A DNA stretch of 64,000 nucleotides, taken from positions 4,631 through 68,630 of the forward strand of contig CAZBAJ010000005.1 of the NCBI GenBank assembly GCA_964490125.1, in the 5' to 3' direction. Positions 44,958 to 54,532 of the stretch are shown one piece after another (positions within the stretch are counted from its first letter, which is position 1; each line of letters begins with the position of its first letter). This DNA comes from an uncultured Candidatus Saccharibacteria bacterium. GTDB taxonomy: Bacteria; Patescibacteriota; WWE3; UBA101185; UBA10185. A program made the position numbers and the translations under genes. The notes beneath the pieces were generated by a model. It searched no databases. It worked only from the letters and a program-made list of their open reading frames with translations, and was not told the DNA's origin.

Positions 44958-45346
44958 ACACCAACATTTTCCTTAGGTTTTTTGTGGACGAGCCAAAAGC
45001 CCAGCATCAAAAGTGTCAACAACTATTTGAAAAGATTTCTAAAGGCGAGATAACTGCTGTTACTAGTCCGCTAGCCATTTTTGAAGTTATCTGGACGCTC
45101 CAAAGCTACTACGAACTGCCAAAACAAGACATTATCGACAAAGTCTTTGATGTCATTGTTTGTCCATATATTTTAATTGACGGAAAAGAACTACTGCTGA
45201 CCAGTTTGCTGATGTGGCAAGTGAAAAACATTAAGTTTAACGATATTTATCTATACAACTATCTAAAAGCCAAGGGTTTAGGTAAAATATACTCTTACGA
45301 CAAGGATTTTAATAAATTTGCCGACATTTTAAGGCTGGAACCTTAG
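44942..45346 (+). CDS. vapC: PIN-domain toxin VapC
   Basis: FLDTNIFL motif, SYDKDF. Overlaps the antitoxin stop. Confidence 0.75.
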   Translation: MDYFLDTNIFLRFFVDEPKAQHQKCQQLFEKISKGEITAVTSPLAIFEVIWTLQSYYELPKQDIIDKVFDVIVCPYILIDGKELLLTSLLMWQVKNIKFNDIYLYNYLKAKGLGKIYSYDKDFNKFADILRLEP

Positions 45347-45354
45347 GAGTTTTT

Positions 45355-47241
45355 ATGAAGCTTGGATTAATTAACAAAAAGGCTAATACCATTTCCCTCG
45401 GGTCTAATTCCGATTACGACCACAAGAAAGTGAGCCTCAACGAATTTTGGAACATCTCCAAATGGATTTTTACCTATCTTGTTAAGATGAACAAAAGGTT
45501 CACTCTAGGTTACCTCATTACCGCGCTACTGGACACGGTTTGGAGTATTGCTAATGCTTATGTGCTTTCAGGCATCTTGAATATGGTGATCGATTTGGCA
45601 CAACGGGGGGGAACTCGATTGAACGATTTGTATCCGTATTTCGGTTTGTTACTGGGCTTGAATGTGGTGTTTTCTGCCATTAGCTTTGTTAAATGGTATT
45701 ACAGAAGAGGTTTAGCCCTTATTTCTTATTCAGAGGTTTCTAGAAGTTACTATAAGCGACTGGAATACTTAGGGATCCAGACCCTGGAGGGTCCTGAGAT
45801 GAATAACAAGCTTACTCGTGCGCAGGATGGGATTAACCAGGTATCCGATTACTTTGAGCAGACTGTGGAATTTCTCAAGAGTTTCTTTACACTCGTTATC
45901 TCTATTGCCATTGTTTTTAAGGTTGCGCCTCTAGTCATGTTGGTTATGTTTCTTTTATCTATCCCCAGATTTCTTGTTGATAGGCGTTTCAGATCCCTGG
46001 TCTGGTCTTGGGGTTACATAAACACAGAGGAGCGACGAAAGGCGGGATCAAGTTCCGGATCACTTTCCAGCACAATTAGTCTGTTGGAAATTTCAGTAAT
46101 CAAAGCCCAAAGTTTTCTGGATAACAAATTTACCGCATTCTATAACTATTTCAACGCTAGGGCATTACAGATTCGCAAATCATGGTTTACATCGTCGTTC
46201 TTTTTCGAAGTAATTTCAAATTCCGCTTCGTACTTTGGGTACCTTTATCTTTTTGCAAAGTACCTAGGTAAGCTAATTAATGTCGGACAAGTTTTCTTTT
46301 ATATTCGGATGATAGACATGTTTCAACGATCCTTAACTCAAACTTTCGATTGGATGAACAACCTTTTTGAGTATTCCATTCGATTTAGGGAGCTTTATAT
46401 GGTCTTTGTTACGAAACCGGCTTTTGAAGACGGAGCCGTGGAATTTCCTAAACTAGCTAAAGGGCCGGAAATTGAAGTCAAAAACATGTCGTTTAAATAC
46501 CCAAACACTGACAAAATGATTTTTAACAACCTGTCGCTCAAAATTAAAAGTGGTGAAAAAGTTGCCATAGTAGGACATAACGGGGCAGGGAAGACTACTT
46601 TGGTAAAGCTTTTATGTCGAATATATAAACCCACAAGTGGGGAGATTGTCGTAAATGGTCGAAATTTGACAGACTTAAAGATTGATAGTTGGTACCAAAA
46701 CATGGGTGTGTTGTTTCAGGAGTTTAACACTTATCCGCAACTTACTGTAAGGGAGAATATTACCATAGGAAATCCCAACGAACCGATGGATGAGGTGGCT
46801 TTGCACTTGGCAGCTCAGAGTGCCGATGCGTCATCCTTTATTGACGAATTTCCTGCCAAATACGACCAAATCTTAAGTGAAAAATTTAAAGGGGGAATTA
46901 GGCCGTCTACCGGACAATGGCAAAAATTGGCTATCGCGCGCTTTTTCTATCGCAACGCTCCGCTGGTAATTTTTGACGAGCCCACCGCGTCCATTGACGC
47001 CGTGTCGGAATACAACATTTTTAACAAAATTTACGACTTTTTTAAGGAGAAGACAGTAATTATAATATCGCATCGCTTTTCCACCGTCCGCAATGCTGAC
47101 AGAATTATAGTTTTGGACCACGGGGAGATTATTGAAGAAGGCACCCACGACTTTTTAATGAGTAACAACGGTTATTATGCCAAAGCATTTAATTTGCAGG
47201 CAAAAGGCTACGGGGCTAGTGATGACGGGGGTAGGGAGTAA
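45355..47241 (+). CDS. ABC transporter, fused permease/ATP-binding exporter
   Basis: Six N-terminal TM helices. Walker A (GHNGAGKTTLVKLL). Signature (STGQWQKLAIAR). Walker B (VIFDEPT). H-loop. Confidence 0.85.
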   Translation: MKLGLINKKANTISLGSNSDYDHKKVSLNEFWNISKWIFTYLVKMNKRFTLGYLITALLDTVWSIANAYVLSGILNMVIDLAQRGGTRLNDLYPYFGLLLGLNVVFSAISFVKWYYRRGLALISYSEVSRSYYKRLEYLGIQTLEGPEMNNKLTRAQDGINQVSDYFEQTVEFLKSFFTLVISIAIVFKVAPLVMLVMFLLSIPRFLVDRRFRSLVWSWGYINTEERRKAGSSSGSLSSTISLLEISVIKAQSFLDNKFTAFYNYFNARALQIRKSWFTSSFFFEVISNSASYFGYLYLFAKYLGKLINVGQVFFYIRMIDMFQRSLTQTFDWMNNLFEYSIRFRELYMVFVTKPAFEDGAVEFPKLAKGPEIEVKNMSFKYPNTDKMIFNNLSLKIKSGEKVAIVGHNGAGKTTLVKLLCRIYKPTSGEIVVNGRNLTDLKIDSWYQNMGVLFQEFNTYPQLTVRENITIGNPNEPMDEVALHLAAQSADASSFIDEFPAKYDQILSEKFKGGIRPSTGQWQKLAIARFFYRNAPLVIFDEPTASIDAVSEYNIFNKIYDFFKEKTVIIISHRFSTVRNADRIIVLDHGEIIEEGTHDFLMSNNGYYAKAFNLQAKGYGASDDGGRE

Positions 47242-47271
47242 CTACACCGTAATTGTAACAAAAAAATTAAT

Positions 47272-47299
47272 TTGACAAAATACATTTAATGTATATAAT
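47272..47299 (+). promoter_or_regulatory. promoter TTGACA-N16-TATAAT directing a leaderless RHH-antitoxin mRNA
   Basis: TTGACA at 47272-47277 and TATAAT at 47294-47299. ATG at 47310. Confidence 0.45.
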
Positions 47300-47309
47300 G
47301 CAATACATT

Positions 47310-47549
47310 ATGTCCAACTACACAACAGTAACATTAAGAAAAGAGACTTATAATAAACTTTCCGATTTTACCAGGGAGGTTAGAGCAACAAATTCCGAGG
47401 CTGTAGACAGGTTACTGACTTTTTATTGGAAAGACAGAAAGGAGAAGTCTGACAAAGCCTTGGAGAAGTTTAGAGAAGGCATAAGGGGTTTAGGGATTAA
47501 AAAAAAGCTCAAGAGTTCCGAACTAAATGTTATTAATGCGTATTTATGA
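47310..47549 (+). CDS. ribbon-helix-helix-type antitoxin (VapB-like)
   Basis: MSNYTTVTLRKETYNKLSDF has an N-terminal beta-strand plus helices typical of RHH/CopG. ATGA overlap with the downstream PIN gene. Confidence 0.5.
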   Translation: MSNYTTVTLRKETYNKLSDFTREVRATNSEAVDRLLTFYWKDRKEKSDKALEKFREGIRGLGIKKKLKSSELNVINAYL

Positions 47550-48001
47550 TTTACCTTTTAGATACAAGTGTGTTGGTGAATCTTGTTTTTGCTGACATTA
47601 TAGCCTTAACCGAAGAAGAAAAAGAATCAGTTAGGTTTGCTAATTCACTAGAACCTAGAGAGAGGTGGGTAGCCGATTTCGTTTTGACGGAATTTGCTTT
47701 AGTAGCTCAAAAAGTTTTGCCGTCAAAATTTTTGCTAACCAAAGATCCCGTTGTTTTAAACACATACCTAAGTAGGGAGCTGGAATTTTTTGACGAGTTT
47801 TCTACGATTTTTACTTCTTATGTCCCGGATCATCTGGAGGTCGAGGTTGCTTTGAAAGATTATGTAGAGTACTGGAAGAAGAACAAGTCCAATAGAGCGC
47901 TGTCATTTGTCGACTTGTTTTTACTTTCACTTGCTAAAAAACACGGCGTCGGTTTGCTTACCGTAGACAGAAAGATGTCGACTTATATAAAGCCAAATTA
48001 A
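47546..48001 (+). CDS. vapC: PIN-domain toxin VapC
   Basis: LLDTSVLV, SFVDLF, TVDRK motifs. Confidence 0.7.
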   Translation: MIYLLDTSVLVNLVFADIIALTEEEKESVRFANSLEPRERWVADFVLTEFALVAQKVLPSKFLLTKDPVVLNTYLSRELEFFDEFSTIFTSYVPDHLEVEVALKDYVEYWKKNKSNRALSFVDLFLLSLAKKHGVGLLTVDRKMSTYIKPN

Positions 48002-48087
48002 GTGATTTATCTGTAACGCTGTGTCCCCTACATGATAGAATATCAGGGTTTGACGATGGGAAAACTGGTACCAGAGGTAGAGTTTTG

Positions 48088-48163
48088 GCTCCCATAGCTC
48101 AAGCGGATAGAGCGCGGGTTTCCTAAACCTGATATTCCAGTTCGAGTCTGGGTGGGGGCACCA
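48088..48163 (+). tRNA. tRNA-Arg (anticodon CCT), CCA encoded
   Basis: Acceptor gctccca/tgggggc with G3:U70. D-arm gctc/gagc. Anticodon stem cgggt/acctg with loop ttCCTaa. T-arm tccag-ttcgagt-ctggg. Confidence 0.8.
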
Positions 48164-48252
48164 ATTTGATAGTTGAAGTGCGTGAAGCAAGCGATCCGAA
48201 TCTACGAGAAAGTACTGCGAAGTGTACTTTCGAGTGATTCGGGAGCGAGTAA

Positions 48253-48329
48253 CGGGGTGTGGCGCAATTGGCTAGCGCGCTGCTTTCGGGTAGCAGAGGT
48301 TCGCGGTTCAAGTCCGCGCACCCCGACCA
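48253..48329 (+). tRNA. tRNA-Pro (anticodon CGG), CCA encoded
   Basis: Acceptor cggggtg/caccccg with the C1:G72 typical of bacterial tRNA-Pro. Anticodon loop ttCGGgt with G37. T-arm cgcgg-ttcaagt-ccgcg. The track ORF 48173-48391 is this tRNA, not a protein. Confidence 0.85.
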
Positions 48330-48341
48330 AAAGAAACAAAG

Positions 48342-48929
48342 CTAGGCTTCTAATTCAAAGGGTTTTTTGTATTTGTCCAAAATTTGCCTAATAAAGTCCA
48401 AATGATCCTGCGGGGTCATAGTTTTGGCAAAGTATTCTTTAACCACCTCTTCAATTACTTCCAGCGAGCGTTTATCTATTTCTTTTAGCCTACTTTGCTT
48501 GTACGACTCGAGTTCTGCCTCCATTTTTACATATCCGCCCGCAATTTTGTCGCGCAATTCCTGCTCTGTTTGGATAGCCTCCTTATGAAGCGCGGTTTTA
48601 AAGTCGTCCGCCTCTTTTAGAACATCGGTTTTAAATTCCTGTGTGGCGTCTTTAAGTTGCGCTTGAACAAAGTCCTTGGATTCGTCAACGGCAAGATCTG
48701 TTTCTTTTATCATTCTTTTAGCGCGTTCGTTAGACTCTTTTATGATATTTAGCGACTTGGTTTTTGCCTCCTCCAAAATTACTAGTGCTTTTTTGTAGGC
48801 TTGATCACGGGCTACCTCTTCGTCCCGTCTTTTTTTGTCATACATTGACGATGCCATTACCAACAACGCTCCAAAAAAAGAAAAAATTACCAAAAGAATT
48901 AGAAGCAAGGCGATTGTAGGCAGTTCCAT
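48342..48929 (-). CDS. membrane-anchored coiled-coil protein resembling F-type ATP synthase subunit b
   Basis: Single N-terminal TM (ELPTIALLLILLVIFSFFGALLVMA) followed by a long Ala/Lys/Glu-rich helix (ARDQAYKKALVILEEAKTKSLNIIKESNERAKRMI...). No other ATP synthase genes adjacent. Confidence 0.35.
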   Translation of the reverse strand: MELPTIALLLILLVIFSFFGALLVMASSMYDKKRRDEEVARDQAYKKALVILEEAKTKSLNIIKESNERAKRMIKETDLAVDESKDFVQAQLKDATQEFKTDVLKEADDFKTALHKEAIQTEQELRDKIAGGYVKMEAELESYKQSRLKEIDKRSLEVIEEVVKEYFAKTMTPQDHLDFIRQILDKYKKPFELEA

Positions 48930-48969
48930 GGTTTCTGTGAGCATAAATTTACTATCTGTATTACATAAA

Positions 48970-49788
48970 CTATAACACAAGAATTAAGTACGCTAAAGCA
49001 AGTCCAATGAGCATGACGCCAAAAGCCAGAATGGTATTAAAAATCATGGCGGTTCTTATAGTTCCTTGAGCTAGCGGGTTTCTGCCTAGAGCTTCTATGG
49101 TGCGACCAGAGGTCTTACCAAAGGTGGAAAAGCCAATAACAAAAGTGGCAACCACAATTAATGCCGCCAGAATGTAGCGCAGGGATTCTACTGGATTTAA
49201 AAGTGGTGATAGCGCGCCGGACCTTAAAGCGTCCAAAAGGTTAGTTTTTACAGTGTTGTTAATAAAAGCGTGTTTGGGTTCTACAGTCGACCAGACTAAT
49301 CCGGGTTCGTTGCCGTTTGACGCTAAAAAGTCTTCCGTGGCTTTGCCTATTACAAAACCACTTTTGTCGGCTTTTTGACCTGTGCCGGCTTGGGTTGACG
49401 ATGTTATGTAGTCGCCCTTTTTAATGTCGCCATTTGTATTTGACACTAAAATTTGGGCTTCACCTGATTGCAATATTAAGTGGCGCGGAGTTTGAGTAGG
49501 TTCTAAAATACTTACGGACGAGTTTTCTACTACCACGCCGATAATTTCCGTGTCGTACGGCTCTATTGCTAGAGTGTACTCGTTGCCTTTGTGGGAAATA
49601 ATACTGCCGACCTTAGCGTCGCCGGTAATTTCTACCAGTCCTGTTGAAACACCCCTTGCCAAACCTGCTTGGGCGACTTTATTTGTGGCTAGTAAGGCTG
49701 TAAAGGTAAAAATAGTTGCAATGGTTAGCGCTAGAGTTGTTGACTTTGATTTAGGTTCAAAAATTCCGGCGCCTTTGATTTTGGGCAT
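48970..49788 (-). CDS. secreted beta-rich protein with C-terminal two-helix membrane hairpin (weak resemblance to ATP synthase subunit c)
   Basis: Start at ATG 49786-49788 (MPKIKGAG...) directly after a TATACT -10, so leaderless. Signal peptide ending AQA. A domain of about 200 aa. The C-terminus EALGRNPLAQGTIRTAMIFNTILAFGVMLIGLALAYLILVL parallels the c-subunit loop RQP...LRT...helix but lacks the carboxylate. Confidence 0.4.
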   Translation of the reverse strand: MPKIKGAGIFEPKSKSTTLALTIATIFTFTALLATNKVAQAGLARGVSTGLVEITGDAKVGSIISHKGNEYTLAIEPYDTEIIGVVVENSSVSILEPTQTPRHLILQSGEAQILVSNTNGDIKKGDYITSSTQAGTGQKADKSGFVIGKATEDFLASNGNEPGLVWSTVEPKHAFINNTVKTNLLDALRSGALSPLLNPVESLRYILAALIVVATFVIGFSTFGKTSGRTIEALGRNPLAQGTIRTAMIFNTILAFGVMLIGLALAYLILVL

Positions 49789-49809
49789 AGTTTGAGTATA
49801 CAATAAAGT

Positions 49810-50478
49810 GTGTCGTTGACAAGCTTTAGAAAACGCTTTTGGAAGATTTTTCCTAATATTTTTATTTTGACAGGGCTTGGGCTTTTTGTGGTTGCAGTTG
49901 TGCCTTACGCGCGTGACGAGATTTGGTATTTTATTAAACAACACAAAGGTCAGCAGTTTATTTTGGGCGACGGGGGACAGCGGGACAGTGTGTTTGCTAG
50001 ATATTTGTCGACCAAAACTATTTCTGTAACCCCAGTGGATACAAATTTTGGCATCGTGATAGAAAAACTTGGGGTTAATGCTCCGGTGGTTGCGGATGTG
50101 GCGGTGTCAGACGAGTCGGCTTATAAAGAGGCTCTTAAGTATGGCGTCGCTCATGCCAGTACTTCCAGCTATCCGTCGCGCGAATCCGGTAATGTCTATC
50201 TGTTTGCTCACTCGTCGCTTAATTTCTGGGAATTGGGCAAGTACGCGCAGGTGTTTAATTTGCTTAGAAAACTTGAGGTAGGGGACAGGATTCATATTTT
50301 TTATCAGCAGGACGACTTTGTTTATCGCGTGATTAATAAAGAGGTTTACAAGGGGTTTAACACTTACGCCTTAACCCGTCCCGTTTTAGAGCCTTTGCTG
50401 ACTTTGCAAACCTGTGACCCTCCAGGGACGACACTAAATAGACTGGTTGTAACGGCAAAACTTACCGAAGTCCGATAG
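49810..50478 (+). CDS. sortase family transpeptidase (second copy)
   Basis: N-terminal TM. Catalytic His (VYLFAHSS). Cys in LTLQTCDP. Arg downstream. Confidence 0.65.
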   Translation: MSLTSFRKRFWKIFPNIFILTGLGLFVVAVVPYARDEIWYFIKQHKGQQFILGDGGQRDSVFARYLSTKTISVTPVDTNFGIVIEKLGVNAPVVADVAVSDESAYKEALKYGVAHASTSSYPSRESGNVYLFAHSSLNFWELGKYAQVFNLLRKLEVGDRIHIFYQQDDFVYRVINKEVYKGFNTYALTRPVLEPLLTLQTCDPPGTTLNRLVVTAKLTEVR

Positions 50479-51628
50479 TATACAAGTCGGTTTGACCCGA
50501 GGATTTGAAGGAGGTTAAAACCACAAGTTTATCTCCACCGGGAGCTACAAAAACCTTGTTGGAGTAAAGGGTATTATTGTAAATTTCTGTTTTGTTTGTT
50601 CCGTCAATTCTTGTCATGTAAATTGTACCCTTCTTGTCTTTTTCTATTTCGCCTTCCACGGTGATTAAATGGAAGCTGTCGGAGTACCAAAAGACTTGGG
50701 GTTGGGGATCAGCCGACTTGATAGTAAAAACAACGGTGTCAACTTGTTCACCCACGGGTAAGGGCTTTTCCGAGTTATACACCCTGTACTCCGTCTGGTC
50801 GCCGACTATTTTTTTGTATAGGAATTTTTTTTCATCCGGCGCCCATAGCGAGTCTTTTGAAACCGCTTGATCTTTTAAAGCCTCATCAATGCCAAGCTTT
50901 TCTATAAATGCTGTTCGTTTTTTTAGCGTATCCGTCTCCCAGGTCGTTCTTAATTTGTCCACATCAGTTGGTAATAGAAGACTTCTAATAGTCTTGTCGA
51001 TTAGATTGAAGATTTGATACCTGCCGTCGTTCAGCTGAATAAGTAAATATTTTTCATCAGGCGACCATTCTATGGATTTACTTTGTGAGTATTTTGTGAT
51101 TGAGGTATCTTCTAGTACAACGCTTGGAGTGGATTTAAAGAGATTAAGGGTGCCTTCGGACAAAGAAACTACCCAAATGCCTGGATTTTCGGTGTCGCTA
51201 GATACAAAGGCTAGTTTGGTGAGTGTGGGGGAAATTGCAGGATTGCTGGCACCCGTATTTGTGAGAGGTTCTAATCTAGGCGACTGGGAGATAAGCACTG
51301 CCGTTATATCAGTGGCCAGTTCTGGGAAGACTTCTATCTCTTTAGACCATGGAGAAAAACCGTTTTTTACCATTTTAATAGTGTGTTTACCGGGCTCTAC
51401 CGCAGAAATAGTATTGTTAGTGGCGGTTACTAAGACACCGTTAATATAGACATTTGCTCCTTGAGGTATAGACTTTACGCTTACCAATCCTGTAGATTTT
51501 AACGCTACAGTTTTATTGTCATCATCTTTTTTTAGTCTGTATCCGCCTGCATACAAAAAAATTGCGGTTGTTAAAGTTATAAGGCTTATGGCGGTGAGCG
51601 CCATTTGAACAAGTTCTTTTTTGGACAT
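50462..51628 (-). CDS. PEGA-domain protein with beta-propeller-like C-terminal region
   Basis: N-terminal TM. PEGA domain (VKSIPQGANVYINGVLVTATNNTISAVEPGKHTIKMVKNGFSPWSKEIEV). Repeated ...SPDEKYL/WAPDEKKF... blades. Confidence 0.6.
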   Translation of the reverse strand: MSKKELVQMALTAISLITLTTAIFLYAGGYRLKKDDDNKTVALKSTGLVSVKSIPQGANVYINGVLVTATNNTISAVEPGKHTIKMVKNGFSPWSKEIEVFPELATDITAVLISQSPRLEPLTNTGASNPAISPTLTKLAFVSSDTENPGIWVVSLSEGTLNLFKSTPSVVLEDTSITKYSQSKSIEWSPDEKYLLIQLNDGRYQIFNLIDKTIRSLLLPTDVDKLRTTWETDTLKKRTAFIEKLGIDEALKDQAVSKDSLWAPDEKKFLYKKIVGDQTEYRVYNSEKPLPVGEQVDTVVFTIKSADPQPQVFWYSDSFHLITVEGEIEKDKKGTIYMTRIDGTNKTEIYNNTLYSNKVFVAPGGDKLVVLTSFKSSGQTDLYTIGLR

Positions 51629-51891
51629 AGTTTTTTTATTTTAATAATAGAGACCTTATATATAATAAGAGTTTAGCTCTGATTTCGCAAGTTAAGGGTG
51701 TCGACACAATTTACCTACTTGTTATGGGAGTCGAACCAAGCAATCAAAAAAAATTTGGACAATACACATTTGCAATCATTAGATGTCAATTATAGAACCG
51801 GCAAAAAAATTAAATAAATTTTAAAAATCTTCCTGCTTTCATACTCTGTCATATTGACAACATGTTTTTATGTTGTAAAGTGTATTAAGTT

Positions 51892-52776
51892 ATGCAACAA
51901 GATACTTTTAGCGAAAAACTTTACACATCGACAGAAGTTGCGGAAATACTTGGCGTCAGTCTTAGATCTATATACAGGTATCTTGATGATAACAAGATTC
52001 AAGCTGCTGTAAAAACTGCCACAGGGCGACATAGATTCACAAGACAGAATATTAATGATTTCTTGCACCCCAGTGAATCAAGAGCAGTTAAAGAAACACC
52101 TCATGAGAAAATACAATCGGCCGAAGTTCCAAGTTCCGCACTAGAAGAAGTTGAACAAGATGAGTTTGAAGAGGGTCAAAAAGAGGTTGAAGTTATATCT
52201 AAAAGTGTTAAAGAGCCACAAAGTGAGAAAGTGGCTATCCAAGACGAGCCGGTAGATTGGCTAGCTCGATTCAGGCAGGCGGCGGAAAAATACAAAACCC
52301 AAGATAGTGAAGAAAGTATAGAAAAAGTTACAAAAAAGACATTTAAAGCACAAGAAGCCCCAGAGATACAGGAAAAGGAAGAGGCGGAGCAGGAAGATGA
52401 GTCCACATACTACTATTACAGGAGTGGAGTAGGCGGTTTAAAGGAGATAGCCCAAGCTATAGACAAGTCAGCTAAAAACGCCTCACTAGACTACGCTTTT
52501 ACCATGAGCGCGGGGTTGTCGCTTCACAAGCCTATCAAACCCTTTTCCCTGATTCATTCTTATGTCAGACCTGCGGATTTGGCGTATTTTGAAAAAGTCC
52601 TCCAACTTACTCCGTGTCAAAAAGATACTGCACAGTTATGTTTAATAACCTCAAGCGATGAGAAGTTGTATGCCCAAAGAAAAGAGTTGCACGGTTTGTA
52701 TGTAGTGTCGGACAACCAAATAAAGACGGATTTGCTTAATGACGGCGAGACCGAGCTTGCCAACGAGCTAGAATAA
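51892..52776 (+). CDS. HTH (MerR/excisionase-type) DNA-binding domain protein with acidic middle region
   Basis: N-terminal YTSTEVAEILGVSLRSIYRYLDDNKI HTH_17-like motif. Glu-rich low-complexity centre. Confidence 0.45.
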   Translation: MQQDTFSEKLYTSTEVAEILGVSLRSIYRYLDDNKIQAAVKTATGRHRFTRQNINDFLHPSESRAVKETPHEKIQSAEVPSSALEEVEQDEFEEGQKEVEVISKSVKEPQSEKVAIQDEPVDWLARFRQAAEKYKTQDSEESIEKVTKKTFKAQEAPEIQEKEEAEQEDESTYYYYRSGVGGLKEIAQAIDKSAKNASLDYAFTMSAGLSLHKPIKPFSLIHSYVRPADLAYFEKVLQLTPCQKDTAQLCLITSSDEKLYAQRKELHGLYVVSDNQIKTDLLNDGETELANELE

Positions 52777-52792
52777 AGTGTAGAATTCACTC

Positions 52793-54361
52793 GTGGATTC
52801 CAATAAAACCCCCAAAATAATTCAGGCGTTGGAAAAGGTTATTTTAGACCCTTCGGTAAATCAGCTTACCGGCAAGACCGCGCACCCGTTAAAAATTATG
52901 CTGGTTGCCGTAGAGGTTTCTCCCTATGCGCGGGTAGGTGGGGTTTCCATGGTAATTGGTGCTTTAGCAAATTCTCTTAAAGCCTTGGGACACGATGTTA
53001 GAATCTTTATGCCCAAATTTGGCTTTATTGACGAGCAATTGTATAAAACCCAAGTTATTATGCAGGGTTTAAAAGTCCCCACCGGTGATCAAAACACGCC
53101 TTTTTTGGAATGCAATGTCAAACGACATATAAGAAACGGCATTCCCACTTATTTTTTGGAAAACATGGAATATTACGAGTTGCGCGCCAATGTATACGGT
53201 TATACTGACGATGCTATAAGGTGGGCTTTGTTAAATAGAGGCGCATTGGAGTTCATTTTAAAGTCCGACTTTGTACCCGATGTCATTCATTGTAATGACT
53301 GGCAATGTGGTTTATTGCCAAATTATCTTAAGAGCGTGTACAAAAATGAGATTGCGTTGGCAAATATGGCAACGGTTTACACCATTCATAATTTAAAGTT
53401 TCAGGGTATGTTTGACCATAAGAATGTTTCGGAAATTGACTTTGACGACGGATGGTCGGACATAGCACCTTTTTTTGATGTGCGTTTGACTAAGCAGAAC
53501 TTTATGCGTCGGGGGCTTATCCATGCCGATATGATAAGTACTGTTTCTAAAAGTTACGCTAAGGAAATATCTACCCCGGAATACGGCGAAGGTTTAGATA
53601 AATTAATTTGCGAGCTTAGGGAAAAGATTTTTGGCATAGTTAACGGGATAGATTACACAGAAATGGACCCTGCTAAAGATTCCCTTTTAGAGAAGAACTA
53701 CGACATAAAGTCCATAGATTTAAGGTCGTACAACAAAGAGGCTTTGCAAAAGGAGTTTGATTTGGAGGTAAATAAAGATATTCCCATGCTGGGATTTGTT
53801 GGCAGGTTAGATGCCCAAAAAGGTGTAGATTTGATGGTTTCCGTATTGGAAAAGTTTTTAGGTAGGTATAACGCGCAATTTGTCCAAGTGGGTGGGGGAG
53901 ACGGCTGGCTAATGGAACTGCTGCAGAATTTAAAGCTTAAGTATCCTGCAAAAGTTGGCGTCTACCCGTTTCCAAATTTTACTTTGCCTAGGTTAGTTTT
54001 TGGTGGGAGCGACATAATTTTGTTTCCTTCCAGATTTGAGCCGTGCGGTGTGGTTCAACTTGAGGCAATGCGTTACGGTGCCATTCCATTGGTTAGGAAT
54101 GTGGGCGGATTAAAGGATACCGTAAAACAGTTTGACACATTAACACAAAAGGGTACGGGCTTTGTGTTTGACGACTTTGATGAGTTTGCTTTATACGGTG
54201 AGATTGTACGGGCTTTAGAGGTGTATAAAAATCCCATGTTGTGGAGGAAAATGCAAATTAACGCCATGCGGGAAGACTACAGTTGGACATACAGTGCTAA
54301 GGAGTATGAAAAGCTGTATTTAAGGGCGCAAAATGTTGTCAGTAAGAAAGTCGCTATATAA
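52793..54361 (+). CDS. glgA: glycogen/starch synthase (GT5)
   Basis: N-terminal KIMLVAVEVSPYARVGGVSMVIGALANSL (the K-x-GG motif region). C-terminal GT-B domain with the E...FEPCGVVQLEAMRYG motif. Confidence 0.85.
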   Translation: MDSNKTPKIIQALEKVILDPSVNQLTGKTAHPLKIMLVAVEVSPYARVGGVSMVIGALANSLKALGHDVRIFMPKFGFIDEQLYKTQVIMQGLKVPTGDQNTPFLECNVKRHIRNGIPTYFLENMEYYELRANVYGYTDDAIRWALLNRGALEFILKSDFVPDVIHCNDWQCGLLPNYLKSVYKNEIALANMATVYTIHNLKFQGMFDHKNVSEIDFDDGWSDIAPFFDVRLTKQNFMRRGLIHADMISTVSKSYAKEISTPEYGEGLDKLICELREKIFGIVNGIDYTEMDPAKDSLLEKNYDIKSIDLRSYNKEALQKEFDLEVNKDIPMLGFVGRLDAQKGVDLMVSVLEKFLGRYNAQFVQVGGGDGWLMELLQNLKLKYPAKVGVYPFPNFTLPRLVFGGSDIILFPSRFEPCGVVQLEAMRYGAIPLVRNVGGLKDTVKQFDTLTQKGTGFVFDDFDEFALYGEIVRALEVYKNPMLWRKMQINAMREDYSWTYSAKEYEKLYLRAQNVVSKKVAI

Positions 54362-54367
54362 CAACTT

Positions 54368-54396
54368 TTGACAATATAAGCAGAATATTGTATACT
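54368..54396 (+). promoter_or_regulatory. promoter TTGACA-N17-TATACT upstream of the GH57 genes
   Basis: TTGACA at 54368-54373 and TATACT at 54391-54396. Followed by a leader of about 130 nt with an 11-bp GC-rich stem (gtccggggtgg/ccacttcggac, 54418-54478). Confidence 0.45.
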
Positions 54397-54532
54397 ACCT
54401 AGTACATTGCACAGTCTTGTCCGGGGTGGTGGTATTCTCATTTTGTGGGCAGGAAAGTGAGGAGAGCCACTTCGGACTAGGTTGTGCAATTTTTTTGCTT
54501 GCGGTTTTAAAAGTTGCAGATATAATAGTTCC

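Noticed and set aside
48173-48391. 72-aa ORF (MKCVKQAIRIYEK...)
   Set aside because: It covers the spacer hairpin and the whole tRNA-Pro gene. Arg/Ser-rich GC-driven translation of an RNA locus, not a protein.
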